A DNA stretch of 64,000 bases from Lingula anatina (Eukaryota > Animalia > Brachiopoda), in NCBI GenBank assembly GCA_051362555.1, contig CM120646.1:5208001-5272000 (forward strand). The letters run 5' to 3'. Below, piece after piece: positions 1 through 58,951 of this stretch. Each line of letters starts with the position of its first letter. Positions within the stretch are counted from its first letter, which is position 1. The notes beneath the pieces are model-generated. The model worked only from the letters and a program-made list of their open reading frames with translations. It was not told the origin of the DNA and searched no databases. Position numbers and translations under genes: made by a program.

Positions 1-157
1 AATTTCATCATCACCAGGATCAAATTAGAACATAACTCCCTATTACAAAACAGCGTTTCTATAGGACAACATGTCAATCAATTAATTGAAAAATACCGAA
101 TACAACAGTCTTTATCAAAGAAATCATAGTTCCAATGCTTCAAAAAGGGGATGGCAA

Positions 158-45124
<44,967 letters not shown>

Positions 45125-45423
45125 CTGAAATGTAACATATCAAAGAATTAGTCCCAGTTTTCTGCTGACTGTTTTATTATTTTTTTTATGGTTTCCTGCG
45201 ATATAAAAAGAATAAAGCGACCAACGGTTTTGTGATGATATGAATAAAAAGGGAGTTATGAACTATTTCAAGTGCCTGTGTTTAAGTTATAACACTAGGC
45301 CAATTGTTTGGTTCTTTGTAATAATGCCAGAGTCTGTCAGTAAAAATAAGGGGGGTGAAGGTATAAAAGTATCACGGAAACTTGTGTGATTTATCGAGAT
45401 GATTTTGTGTTTTTCATATTTAA

Positions 45424-45430
45424 AGGGATG

Positions 45431-45471
<41 letters not shown>

Positions 45472-45716
45472 GGAGAAAGTGCCATTTAACGGATTTTCCC
45501 GGGGTAAACGACAATTTCCCCATATTTTTCAATGTTTAATGAATTCGTTCCGACATTCAAAGTAAGTCTATTGTTTTCTTTTTTTAAGTGTGATTTGTAA
45601 TAATCTCTTGAATTTATTATATTTCTGTGTTGTTTACAATTTTTTTTATTTTCATTTATTTATTAATTTTTTTTTTTTATGGAATTTTTAATTTAATATG
45701 AAGAGTTGCTATCCCT
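45424..45716. mobile_element. Kolobok-like MITE family A, diverged copy 3
   Basis: TTAA-AGGGAT ... GAAGAGTTGCTATCCCT-TTAA; internal gtaaac.acaattt.ccca...acattcaaagt homology. Confidence 0.75.
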
Positions 45717-47548
45717 TTAAAAACTGATAAGCCGATCAACGTGAAAACCAAACGCGTATCTCCATTTTCTTCCTCACAATAAAACCAATGCGCACGTTCA
45801 TCTCATTATACTTTTTAAGGTACCATGTTTTTCATTTATTACACACATATAATTTAAGTCTTAATAACATTATATTTGATTATTCAGAAATGCTTTTAAG
45901 TGCACTGTAGGTCGATTACCACATGTACTGCGCAAGTATCGTAAAACGTGATAGAATTGTGTCTCAGTGGAGAATTTCGCGATAAATCACCCCTTCAACT
46001 ACAAAGAGAACCAATTTCGTGTATTTGAATAATGAACGTGTGCTTGGATACACGCGCTCGCAATTGAATACATCTAAACGAAAAATTGTCTCTTCTTTAA
46101 AACTTTAATTTCGGCAAGAGAACATTTTGCATGCTTTTTTGTCATTTTTTTTTCTTTTAGCCTGAGGTTAAGGGTCTCAACAAAAGGGATGAAAAGATAG
46201 TTTATACAGAGTAAATTTAACTAGTGTAACCAAATATTTTGTACTTTGGTTTCCACAACAAATTCCCCTGGCAAAATTAACGATTTGTATAGAACAGCAG
46301 CTGGGGCGAATGAGTCAAATAAAAGAATAATAGTTATTAACAAAAAAACTACTCGTCCATGCTTGAGATAATGAGGTTATTTCTTATGTAACATTGTAAG
46401 CACCGAGTTAATATTTTCAAAGTCATATTTCGCTGTACGTTCATGAACGCAAAATCATGTGCGTACGTGAGTGTGCGCGTGAACATCAGCGTGCGCGTCT
46501 GTGTCTGTGTGTACACGTTGCAAGTAAATCAATTCAAAATATGCTCAGACAAAATCCTCTAATGAAAATAAAAGTTTTTTTCTGAAATGGTTTAATTTAT
46601 TTTTTTAATCTACATCTAGTTTCAAAGGTCAAGGATCCAGATGGCAGCGAAACGAAGACCCCGTTAACAAACGCACCGTGCCGTGTCCTTGTGCATCGAT
46701 TCATAAATGCGAAACAACAAATATCAACAAAAGCTACCGAAGCGTTTATGCTTTGAATAGTTCATGCATGCGATAGGCATATGTTCTTCAGTGACCCGTT
46801 CTATATTTGTGTGGTCAACCACATCTCTTTTAAAGATTAAAGAAGAAATTTCCCGGCGTCGTGAAGAAAAAAACACGTCCCCGCCTTGACATGTTGCCCC
46901 GGCATGTTGCTGGTAGAGAGATTTATTGACACAAACTCGCATCAAAGTTGACGGAAACAATATGTTTTTTTAAAAAAAGGTGTTACCCGGCTTGACCTGA
47001 CAGGTGCGACGAAAGTAGCCAGTGTACTGATCAATCAAATCAATCAAAGAAAACAGTTAAAAGAAAAGAAAAGAGATTCAGTATATCGAGATGTTCTTTA
47101 TGTCGGCCGTGTGCGACGAAATTCAGCGCGCTGTAGGTCGGTCCGAAGGTCAGGTCCTATATAAGAAATTTTTGACCCCTTTTCCCCTTGGAACGGGAGC
47201 AGAAAGGGCGTTGAGTACATACATACACTGGTACTTTTTTTGCCATTGTTATCATGCAGGACTTGTTAATAATCTTTTTGTGTTGATAGTATAAGCTTTT
47301 GAGAGTGATCTGAAGTTTTGGTAAATTTCTTTTACTACTGATGCTGACATATGCAAATATGATATTTGGTGTATCTTATCTTAGTCACACAATACTACGA
47401 TATTTATTCATCAAAAAGGTTTTTATCCCAAAAGTTCTCGTTGCTTTCAAAGTAAAGTGACTTCAACTATATATGCTGAAATAAACTGCATTGAAATTTC
47501 AGCTATCTGGTATAACACCCCGAAAAGCCTTTCCTTCTCTTCTCTCCT

Positions 47549-47592
<44 letters not shown>

Positions 47593-50122
47593 ATCCTAGG
47601 ATTGCACCGAGCGACATCTTTGCTATAAAACTAATTTCGGTCATTTTTAAGGGTTTCCTTACACAGTCCACCGTTCTGATTTAATCTGCATCTACTCAGT
47701 ATTTTGTTAAACAACAAAATAATATGTAAGCACGATATATTACAATAAAAATAACATAAGGAAAATAAGGAAAGTTTAAGTTACTGGTCATTTGACATTA
47801 CAACAATAGCATATTATACAAAAGCAGACTGAAATCAAACAAACTTTAAACACAGTTATGGTTACCAAAAGTCATTCTTTCACTGAAAGAAAAAGAATTA
47901 TGGTTACCTTTCGTTTACAATGGACATACATTTCGAGTACAACCTTGCTAAACAATGGAGAGGAAATGGACCTTTATTTTGGATTTTATAACTCAACTTT
48001 CAAGATTCCGTACGCGTGTACGTGCGCTTAAACTTGATCTTTCTTTCGAACTCTGTAACAATTAACAGTGAGCGTAGAGGAAAGAATAAGCAACAAATTG
48101 ATTGATCACTTCAAGACATTGCACACTGAATAGAAATTGGCTAAAATTTTCCCTGCAAGCAGACGACACTATTATAGGCTGTTGGCTTTCCCGATTATTT
48201 TGCTTCTTGAATCAATCTGATTTTCACAAAGATCATTTATTAAAAGGATAGAAAAGCATTTTAATATCACAAGATCGCGAACAAAATATCCTCAGCAAAA
48301 AATAATCCGAAAATTTGTCTAAACTTTTAGATCACAACTGTAGTCTTGTTCGTATCTTATTGATCAGTAGGAGTCAAACTAAATGAAATATTGCGACTGT
48401 TTTATAACCAGAAAGACTTAACGAATGCTTTAGCTCAATGCTTACTTTTTAAATCGCTTTATTTTCAGTTTAAGTAAACCAAACCTTTGGTCTGAAAGTT
48501 TAGACTTTTTGGGGGGCTAAGGTTCTATTGCAAAAACGTTAATGGCCCGAGTAAAAATTCGCTTCGCTTTGAGTTCGGATGAATGAACTTTGCGGCTAGG
48601 CAAGCGCATGGTATCAAAGTACACAAACACTAAGGAAAGAAAAGACAGTGCGTACGCAACATTTTACCTCAAGAGCCGTTTGTAGTTCCAGAATTCCGGA
48701 CAGGCCCTGCGCAATGAATGTTGTATTGTATATGAGTTGCATAACTGTTGAATAGATTTTCACTGAAGGCATTGACTCAGGTCCAGTATTCGGACATACG
48801 AACTCATATCGCCGACTTGCCTGCTACTTGAATTACCCTATTATTTCTTATTTCATTTTAATTGTTTTATTCTATTACAATCATAACTGTTATCATTATT
48901 ATTATCATTAAAATTAAAATCATTATCTATTTTAGTCCGATTTTTGTGCACTGTAAATTACGACTAGTCCTGCTATAGAGTTTAAAGCAACATTACTCTA
49001 CGTCAATTCAACAACTCTACATAAAAGCGTAAAAAAACGTGAACAATAGTATTATGATAGTTAGAATTAAGGCTAAGAAGCATGCCTTGTCGTTTTTCAC
49101 AAACAACCACAGGGTTAAAAAACCCTCGGCGCGTAAAAAAACCCCAAAACCACAGGGGTGCTAAGTTCCCCATGTTGACATTGCAGACTTATACAAAGGG
49201 TTAAAATGTTTTTATTAACACTGGGAGAAATGTTGCACACCTGAACGGCGATCCAATTAACCGTGGAGAGTTAAAAAGATCGATTGCCTAGACGGGTTAG
49301 CGTCGCTGCGCACAAGGTCGTGTCAGTGTTCTAGAAGGCCACATATTCATGAATGACTTATGGAAAAAAACAAAATGTTATGGAAAGAGCAGTGAAATGA
49401 AAATTTCCGTCAAATGTATCCCGTTTAAAAGAACGTCAGTTTCAGATTGTCTACAAAAGTTTGAATCGCACTTTCAATGCAGCAATACAATGCCTGGCGC
49501 ATGTTTACATGTAAGTTGCTTAGTGCTGCAGACGATTACTTGTTGTTAGGGGCATCATTTCAGTCCGCAGACAATTTAGAGAAAAAAATGTCCCTTTTTT
49601 CATTCCATACAGTCGGTTGGTTAGAAAATAAAGACGAATCCCAACGTTAGTCTCAAAACATGTCCGCCTTTATCATGCAATGAGGTTCAAAGATATCAAA
49701 AATCAAAATCAAAACAAAGTCCTCAAGCACTCCATATGTTGCTCTGACCTTTTGCAATTCACCAAGCTGTTGCAATTATGTAAAATAATAATAATATTGA
49801 TCAGTTGCTACGACTACGACCGAGTATTTTGGACATAGCATTCCAATTTGCTTTCTTATAATTTCAATTCTGCAAGATTTCTTTTATTAGTAATAACAAT
49901 GGAATATAGTTGTTTCCTATCCCAGAAGAAAATCTATTGTAAGGATACCAGGGAAGCATTTGGACCACCCCTCTCTCTCTCCCTCCCTTTCTCTCTCCAT
50001 CCTACTCTCTGCCTCTCTACCTTTCTCTCTCCATCCCCATCCCTTCCTCTCTTCCCATTCTCCCTTCCAACTATAAACCTAACAAACAGGTAGAGTTTCA
50101 GCCTATCCATTTCTCTCTCCCT

Positions 50123-50155
<33 letters not shown>

Positions 50156-50545
50156 ATTCTTTATTTGTCTCCCTCTCAAATTCCTACGTTCTTCAACCAG
50201 AAATGATTGTTCGAGGTTATCAGAACGTAAGAAGAAATTATCGATGTTTTCTCGCACGCGATCTTCACATTTACCGTCTCTGACTTCTGTTAATAAGGAC
50301 AATTTGTTTTCAAATGTACCTAAAATCTCCAAGCAACATCCGTCATAACAACGTTATATACTATTACAAAATTTTAGAAAGAAGTTTAATCCGTCGACAT
50401 CTGATGATTGATACTGCAGGAACATAATAAGGTGAACAAAAACTACAACGTGAAGATCCACCACGAGCCATTCCTCAAGTCATACAAAAATATCATACAA
50501 TAGTTGTTGATTTAGAGAATACCACAAATAAAACTTGTTGTCAAG

Positions 50546-50578
<33 letters not shown>

Positions 50579-51259
50579 ATGTTTTTATTAAAGCTAGGAG
50601 TCGATTTGGAAATGATAACGTTTGACTCCTTCTGTCACATGGATTTACCGAGAGACCTGCAAAAGTAAAAAAGAAAAAAAGGACAAAAGTGAAAAAAAAC
50701 ATCCCTAATTGCTCACACGACCTGGGTTGGGCCATATTTTGCAAGTCATGGATCCTATTGTGATGGCATTTTCAGTAGCACGTTTAACTTGCTGAAAATG
50801 ATTCGCAAATGATTCAGCGGGCGCCGAGAAAATTGTTTTAAAGTGCGTTCTAAAATACCTGTAACGCGTGTTGTACATTTTCGCCGTCGATGCGTGATAT
50901 GTCAGTTTGACAGATGCACTTTATCTGTACATAAGTTTTTTTTCGGAAAACCCAATACTGCATTTTTTACGAAAAACCTCATACGACATCTATTTTAAGA
51001 AAGTAACAAAACCCATTCGCCCCCGAATACATGTATGTATTTTTCATCAAAACCTTATGCTTATCTATGAACATGCAGATAATTTTGCAAACTCGCTCTT
51101 CAAGACGTGATAAAACTCCGACTGGGAATGTTTTTCCCTTTTTTATTTTTTATTTATTTATTTATTTATTTATTATCATTATTATTATTGGTGACTAAGG
51201 AAACCCGTCTGAAGATGACAAACATTGTCAATGTCAAACTATGTCCTTGTTTGTAATTG

Positions 51260-51892
51260 GAAACCACCCTTCAAGGACAATATCATAAGTGATATTGAGA
51301 ACGATCAAAGAAAAGCCAAGATGTGAAAGGTTAGAACTCGTAGCGTAGGACGCTTTTTTAGTTTACTGGAGACACTTTTCTAAGGATGGGTTTCAGATAT
51401 GATCAACAATACCGCGGTCATATTTACTTGACACTTTTATTTGTATACCATCTGTCAAGGACACCTCTATCATTTATTTTGCGAACAAATGGAGAAAATG
51501 GGAGGTGAGAAAAGTCGGAGCTCGTAGTGTAGGGTGCTTTTTACGTAATGGTGACATATTTCCCAAAGAAAGTGTTTCAATACAGCGAGCACTTCGGTGG
51601 TCAAAGTTAACTTGGGTTATCTAAAATTGCATATTACTCTGCAATGACTCAATCATCAATAATTTTGTCAAGGATAAGAGATAAAGCAAGGTGAAAAAAG
51701 GTCAGAGCTCGTAGGAGAGCGGTCTTCGGGTCGGCATCTGGGAGTTTGTTTCTGAAAAGCCGTTTTAATACATCGGGCAATATTCCTGTCAAAGTGAACT
51801 CGTGCATATATGTTTCACTCCATATCATTCATCAATGACGCACTAATAAGTCATTTTGCCAACAATCAGAGAGAAAGCAGACGAGAAAAGTG
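51260..51892. repeat. Old diverged ~185-bp tandem repeat (~3.5 copies)
   Basis: aaa(g)gt..ga(a/g)ctcgtag motif near 51327, 51510 and 51697; tcaa(g/t)ga and gtcaaagt motifs share the period. Confidence 0.65.
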
Positions 51893-52520
51893 TGAAAACT
51901 TATATATTTCAGAAAGTTAGACATTTTCGCTCTGCACAAATTTAACAAAAGTTGTGTCAAACGGTGGAACATTTGATATCTTTATAACGGCGTCTGTTGA
52001 GTGCTGCATTGTTGTGATCACAATTCTGCTGGTTGCAGATACATTGAAAGGTGTGAATAATAGAACTGCTTAGGTTTCTGCTATAGAAATTTCTATTGTG
52101 CTGTATGTCATTTTATTTACGACTTTTTTTATGTCAAATAGGTGATCGACAGATGCTGTTATAGAACTAGCTTTTAGTCTGCAAAACACACGGTTTCGTG
52201 TTTTTTTTTTTAATTCTTTTTCATAGAATGCGTTAAGTTTAGGTATTGGTAAAACGTTAACGCGTATGTGCTTTTTTTCAAATGATATTTTGTTTAAGAA
52301 GCATTTCGCTTGCATGTATAAAAACGCACGCGTGCATGCATCCACCTTTTGCTTTCCTCTCCCTCTACTTACACTACTGCCTAATTAAATAGATAAATGC
52401 GGGATAACAAATTACTTGATGGGCAACCTCCAGATTAGGCCTCCAACGAATCAGTTTGCAAGATAGCCCTTGGGGCAACACTCACACCTTGCAAATGGTG
52501 TCGTTTCAGAACAAATATTT

Positions 52521-52611
52521 CAAGCTTTTGGCCCTAGGCCTTCTATGGGGATTTTAAAAAATTGATTTTTTTTTTTCAAATCCCTGAAAAAGGCCCAGAG
52601 GCCGAAAGCTT
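52521..52611. repeat. Imperfect inverted repeat (foldback)
   Basis: caagcttttggccctaggcctt...gggattt / aaatccc...aaggcccagaggccgaaagcttg. Confidence 0.7.
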
Positions 52612-55600
52612 GGATAGGATATTACATCTCTTTAGTAGATTTTCATAGATGCATCATGTTGATAACTTGTTCTTTTATTAAAGATCAATACGGTGATTCA
52701 TTATTCATCTTCAAAGCGAACAAATATTTCAACACCGAGGGTGCGTTTACAGCAGTTTTCTCTGTATCATTAACGTATAACCTATCCAAAACTGTCTATA
52801 AAAGTACAATGACCTATCTGCAACTTCGTTTTTGTCGAGTTTACATTCCTCATTTATAACCTCCGTAGTGAAATTTTCCAGTCTCCAAAAACAAAACCTT
52901 GACTAAAAACGTAGACACTTTGAATAAAACAAATGGTTGATAGATCGTCATCCTGTGAGCGGTTTTAGATACTATGCTATATTTCGGTATATGAAGTATT
53001 GAAACACCCAGAAATAAAGTTTTACTAAATATCGGAGTAACGCTCACTGTGTAACTTTAATGAGAAGTGATACGTGCATTATTAAAATTATTAACACCTA
53101 TTCATTATCTTTGTTATGAAGACACATTAGGCGCCAGTGACGTCATTGTGACGTATCTTGCCACGGCTGAACATGTCGTTGTTATGATTTTATGGATTGA
53201 TATCTTAACGACGTGATCGCTCACTTCAATTTCCAATCAAACCTTTGATAAAGTGATTCTTGAATTAAAAGAAAACTGAAACTGTTACGGAGCACTCCTC
53301 CCCCCTTTTTTTTAACATAATCGAGGCGTAGTATCGGAAGGTCCCTTGTATTGCTGACAATTCATATTCGTTTCAATTACCTAGACAGACGCCAAAATTA
53401 ACTGCCCAAATTTTAATAATAATTCTAAACTTTGCCCACTCTTCCTCTACTCCCGCTTCGACCGTTCACGCTGAATGGTAGATGGTACATCCATGACCCG
53501 GTAAGATAATAAAACTACGACATCTTGAGGAACGATCGTTCCGAAACCGAGCACTGGACAATTAGTGATGTAGGCCTATATGTATATGAATAACAGAGCA
53601 TTTAGGGTTTCTCTAAATTTAAAAAAAAAGGGTTTGTATTAGAAGTTACATATCAGATACGGAGTGTAACTTGACTTGATACTCGTTTTTCTTCTCAATT
53701 AGCTTTGTTCCGACTCCATGACTTATCGCACAAAACATCAACATTAAGTTCTATGCAATGTGATACAGGATACAGGAAAGATGATATTAAAAATTAGAAA
53801 TTGGAGAGCTAGCTATTCGGGTCAGTTTAGCAAACAATAGCCCAAGCCGCCTTATCATGAAAGCATAATCCCCCTTGATACTGGAGTTCATAATTACGAC
53901 ATTCTCGTACCCACTGCGGTAACTTAGATGTCGTCACGTTGCCGTAAAATGTTACCACATGAAAAGAACTTCTGCTTCATGATTGCTTAACGTTGAAGAG
54001 AAAATGGAAAAATGTTGAACTACGGTATAATTAAATGCTCACAAGGTCGATGGGATCAGTTTATTTTGTGATCAATCAGGCATTCAATGCTCATATTATG
54101 GACAGATAGTAATTTTTATTTCATTTAGCATCATATTAGGCCCATAGACTCTGGGTTTAAATTCAACTTAAAGAACCATATATCCAGGCATTATAAATAG
54201 AAAAATTCAAATAAGTAAAACAATGTCACTTTCTAAAAATATTCTCCGCTCTGCTAAAAATCATTATGCCTCTTTCAATCTGCGAGAGAGAAAAGGCATT
54301 TCGTTGACGGCGACAGCATTTTCTATTAAACATTCCAGATCCAATCTTTGTTTCCCCTAATTTATTACGGAAACTAATACCCCAAGATTTGATACGAGTG
54401 TTTGTGTGCCCAGGGTTTGGTAGGGTGGTAATGTAAATAAACATAAGTAACCCTATCCGCAAACATAAGATAGATAGAAGCGATCTTGAGCCGCGGTGAA
54501 CATTAGGACTACGCGTGGGTAGGCTATCTATGTCATCGAGTAGGCCTATGACAAGACAGCTATGAGGATTGGTGACGGGGCATTCTATTAGACCTACAAA
54601 TCTCGGATGTTATATCAATTAAAATGCTAAATGAAGATATTAAGAAAACAAATTATGCGGAAACTTCTTATGTATGAAAAATATATCTGAAACCTTTGCA
54701 TTTTTTATGCTAAAGTTTCTGTACTTTTTCCGTTCCATTCATTATATTCAACCCGAGATTTTGCTACCTTTCAAATGCAACATGTGAATTGGCAGTGCGG
54801 CTGTTGAAGAGGCCTATATTAAAGGAACTTTTATTAATTCGTTTGGAAAGAACGGGTCCTTGTCCTGTTCAAAAATATAAGACGGCTTACGATTTCATAG
54901 CATAGGCTACACAAAACACTGGACCCATTGACGCTTCTGAATCTGAGAGAAAATTCGCTCAGCAAATTCCTAACAATACGTCTTTATATGATTGTTATTT
55001 ATTACTCAGTTTACCGCCATTTCGTCCGTTTAGATGTTCCATGCGGATCAAATTTCTTGATCGGTGTTTATTTTGCTTTTATCATCGCAAATACTAAATA
55101 TGTTTTCAGAAAATAAAAATCACAAGTCCGGGCACTGAGAACAGGTAAGGTTGTAATGCAGGTAAACGAAAATAAAGGGAAAGTCAAAGGTGCTTGCGCA
55201 CTGGAGATGTCATTGCTCTGTGATTGAGGATGTGCGAATTCTTACATGGGAAAATATACTTATTGGTGCTCCATTATATTAAAAGCATCCCAGACTTGAT
55301 AATAATAAGCGAATCGCTGAAATTACAAAGTTTTCCTTGTGCATTTATATTTAATGCATGGAATTTTTTCATCTGTATACTTGTTTTAGAATACATTTGT
55401 TTACTTCACGCATGTTCGCGGAAAGTTGTAATAGTTTTAATAACCTCTTTTATGATGATATCACTACATTTATTCTCTGCTATCATATTCATGTTACTAT
55501 TCGAGTAACGGCGTTCAGAAAGCAGAAATAACGCCCTGAGACCGTAAATGGAACTTGGGCGCCAGTAATCAATCTGTCGTTTTTTTAAATTGAAAAGAAA

Positions 55601-55800
55601 AAAACACCACCACCTCTTCAAATCATTTCGCTCACTGGAGCCTTGCAAACTTGAGTGGCTTATCCTTACAGAGGTCGCCATTGTTAATCCTCACGCACTC
55701 TTGGACAAGTGCGCATCTTCTATTGTACGACATTTTATCACGATGCTCTCTGCGATCGATAGCACGAGCAAAATAGATTGGCGTCGTTTCTTGTATCAAT

Positions 55801-55813
55801 GTTGCCAGGCAAC
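55801..55813. promoter_or_regulatory. Candidate RFX X-box
   Basis: GTTGCC-A-GGCAAC matches GTNRCC(N0-3)RGYAAC exactly; function is unproven. Confidence 0.4.
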
Positions 55814-58077
55814 GCGACAACAAATTACATTGATTTGTCGTAATAATTGCAATTTCTGTCAAGGTTTCTATGGATAGAGCGAAGGTGAAATCGACCACGT
55901 GAATGGTTGTGTTGACAGCTGAGAATTATAACGATTTAATTTGTACTTGTTCGGGAAACTTTTCGAGCGTGGAGCGCAATACAATCCTTAAAAAACTTTG
56001 GGAGTTCTAAAAGTAGCAGCAGAAATAATTAGGCAAGTTCCGCCACAGACAGAACGTCTCTTTTCTCTCCCAAAGTCAAACATAATAAACAAATAAATAA
56101 ATGCTCCCAATTCCTTCTTAAGTTACCTTAACTACTGTGCATTTTTAAAAATTATTATTATTATTATTATTATTTTGGAAACGGTTTGCCATGTTATTAT
56201 TTCTTTCTTGTTTATATTATTGCATATACAGTATTTAGTCATTGAAATCAATTTAAATGAGAGCGATCGGATCCGTATGACCCGAAGAAAACCGCATGAC
56301 CCTTCCGAGCTCTAGGCCAAACTGAACCATTGACCAAATAAATAACTGTGATCAGGTAAATTAATAATATTGATCAGTTGCCATGACTACAATCCAGTAT
56401 TATGGATACGGCATTCAGTGAAGATTTAACGCTTCAGATTTTAATTCTGAAATATTCTATTATGAATTATTCCAGCGTGATCTTTGTTATCAAATTAACT
56501 GTAGTCTTTCTGGTTATGCTTCTTCGCCATTGGTTATGAACATCCCGGGCAAAGAACGGACCAGGACCACCCATTTTGAAACACGCACGCACGCACGTGC
56601 ATGCAAACGCATGCGCACATCAGTAAAGGCTGCCCAGTCCTGGTCTGCGCTGTTTCGTGTCCTAACATTACCTATGACGTCATGTCCAATTAACCGGTTT
56701 CTTATATATCTTTAATGAAGCGGAGCGATTGAATCAAATCGGATAGAGGAAAAGAATAGGCAAATATTTCAATATTGTGCGAATCTTTGACGTAAATCGT
56801 ACACGAGCATCGCAGGTCAGGGGACGTTGTAAGTTCGCGGTTGTTTCACAAAGGGCAAAGTATCACTGGTCGCCTGCCTCAACTCGCAAGAAAAACAATC
56901 AGATATATACTTGTCTCTTCAACCATTTTACATCTGAAATTCATTATGAGGGATATGTTTTTTTTCCTTTTCAGGAATAAAAAACTGATCGGCATGCGCC
57001 TTGCAAATCAATTGCTAAATTTCATTTGAAGCGTTTGAAAAGACGGACAAACTTTAAATTATGCCATTGCTCAGCTTCAGTTACTTGTTTAAGTTTATCA
57101 GCTACTTTCGTCATCGTTCCTTTAAAAACTATTTGAGCCCCACGCGGGTACTCGCATTAAACATCTTCTTTTAAATGCGTTTTCTTTTTTTTTTCTTCCA
57201 TGTATCAAATGGCAGTAAATATTTTGAAGAAAACAAATCCCGTAGCGGCATTACGTGTGAACTGATTGTTGGATTTAAAAAAAGCTAAATAAATCTAAGA
57301 AGGATACGCAAAAAAGAGGATAAATGACTATGATTTGCATCTACATGTACATTATATAGTAGTCTTTATAATCATATCCTTTCATTAATAAGAATTCTAT
57401 AACATTATGAAAAAATATATTTTTGAACAAGGACTGTTGGCTTAACAATGTAATTACTACATGCATTTTCTCGGTCATGGTTAGCGACAACCGCCATACC
57501 TAACAAGATAAATCAATACATTTGAAGGCAGTCGCTTGTACAAAACGTGATGCATCCGTTTTCGTAATTACACGCGGCTCTTTGCAGTCGGAGTTTGCGT
57601 TATTTTGGGAACGGTCAAATACGTTCTACTTATATGCCCTGGTCTTAGTAACCACCGGTAAAGTAAGCGCAAAAGCCGTGCATAAGTTACACAGAATTAG
57701 GGATGAAGAATCGGTAAATACACGACAAAGTCTGTACTACAAAGGAGATGACACGCTAAGAACATAACTATCAAGGGTGTTTTTCAACATCACTTTCTCA
57801 CCTATCGCGCTCCGTCAACACGGACAGATAATATTGGCCACTCTATTAAAGAGTGATTGACTTTTCTGTATTAAATGTCTTCCTGACAAACCATTAGTTT
57901 AAAAGGGAGTATTTGTTGATAAACATATTATTAAACAAGCATGCAAAGACCTGACCATGCTGGATCAGAGTGCGCACGTACCGTAAGATTAAGCCACTGG
58001 CAATCATCGGATTAACCCAAATAAAATCATTAGAATATGTGTTCTAATATTAAAAGCTTGGTAAGCGATTTCATTCT

Positions 58078-58122
58078 TTCGAACTTGGACGAAGAAAACG
58101 TTTTATTCGTCCAAGTTTTGAA
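58078..58122. repeat. Near-perfect ~45-bp palindrome
   Basis: aacttggacgaagaaaac|gttttattcgtccaagtt. Confidence 0.75.
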
Positions 58123-58783
58123 CGAGGCAGAGAGAGATGAAGCCAATTATCCCTTTTCTGTCTATTTGTTCATTGAATTACTCTTGACTAGTGACTAAAG
58201 TCGTATTTAAACGTTGTCTCGTTATTTGGAGCGGCCTCAAGTTCAAGCCGCTGCTTAAGTACGCATCCACGAACGATTTCTTTTTTTGCAAGGGGGATCA
58301 CTTGTCTGCATCTTTGTATTATAACAAAGACGGAGTAATTTGTTAGCTGATACGTCGAAAATAACGTACTTGAAGTATTTTTTATTGGAGGTCTTCTTTG
58401 TGTCTATGACGTGTTCATTACAGGTGCGCTCACTACACCTGTGTTTAACGCGTATCGTGTAGCATAGCGTACCTTCCTCACAATATGCATCTAGGTGCTC
58501 ACCTTGCACTACAATGGGCGCATACGTTTTTTTTTTTTTTTTTTTTTCTATAGTAAATGAAACGATGACCGGTCACAGAGTGTTTAAACTTACCAGTGGT
58601 CACTACCGATACCATCTCTACATGACCCATACCGTTAGTAAGCCAAGTTAGTAGTCAACAAATGTGTGCGCGCGTGTGTATGTGTTCGCATGACGGGGTT
58701 GTAGAACGACGTAATTGGAAATTCTATACTGTTGTACATGCAGCGATAGGTTTAGAAGCAGTATGTATTGGTAAAATCTTCGT

Positions 58784-58951
58784 CAGGGGCGGATCCAGAG
58801 ATATTTTCTGACAGTCTTCCAATTTATCTTTGTTAATTCGTCCTCAATTTTTGACCGTCTTCCGACAGAAAATATTACATACCCGTCAATGTAAACTTTA
58901 AAATCTGACCGTCTTCCAGAAGACCCAGAAGACGGCCTAAATCCGCCCCTG
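58784..58951 (+). mobile_element. MITE family C (168 bp), 5-bp TSD TTCGT
   Basis: CAGGGGCGGATCCAG ... AATCCGCCCCTG with TTCGT on both flanks; colinear with 33639-33806. Confidence 0.9.

Noticed and set aside
46220-46362. Minus-strand hydrophobic stretch RVVFLLITIILLFDSFAPA as a signal peptide
   Set aside because: No in-frame ATG after the upstream stop and no convincing phase-1 donor.
46987-47931. Two small phase-compatible candidate exons giving MYVHCKRK-YTGYFRRTCQVKP
   Set aside because: Phases fit but the peptide is not a signal sequence; probably chance without transcript evidence.
50649-50702. MFFFTFVLFFFFTFAGLS followed by GTAAAT as the first exon
   Set aside because: Ends in phase 0 where phase 1 is needed, and looks like a T-rich tract translated as Phe.
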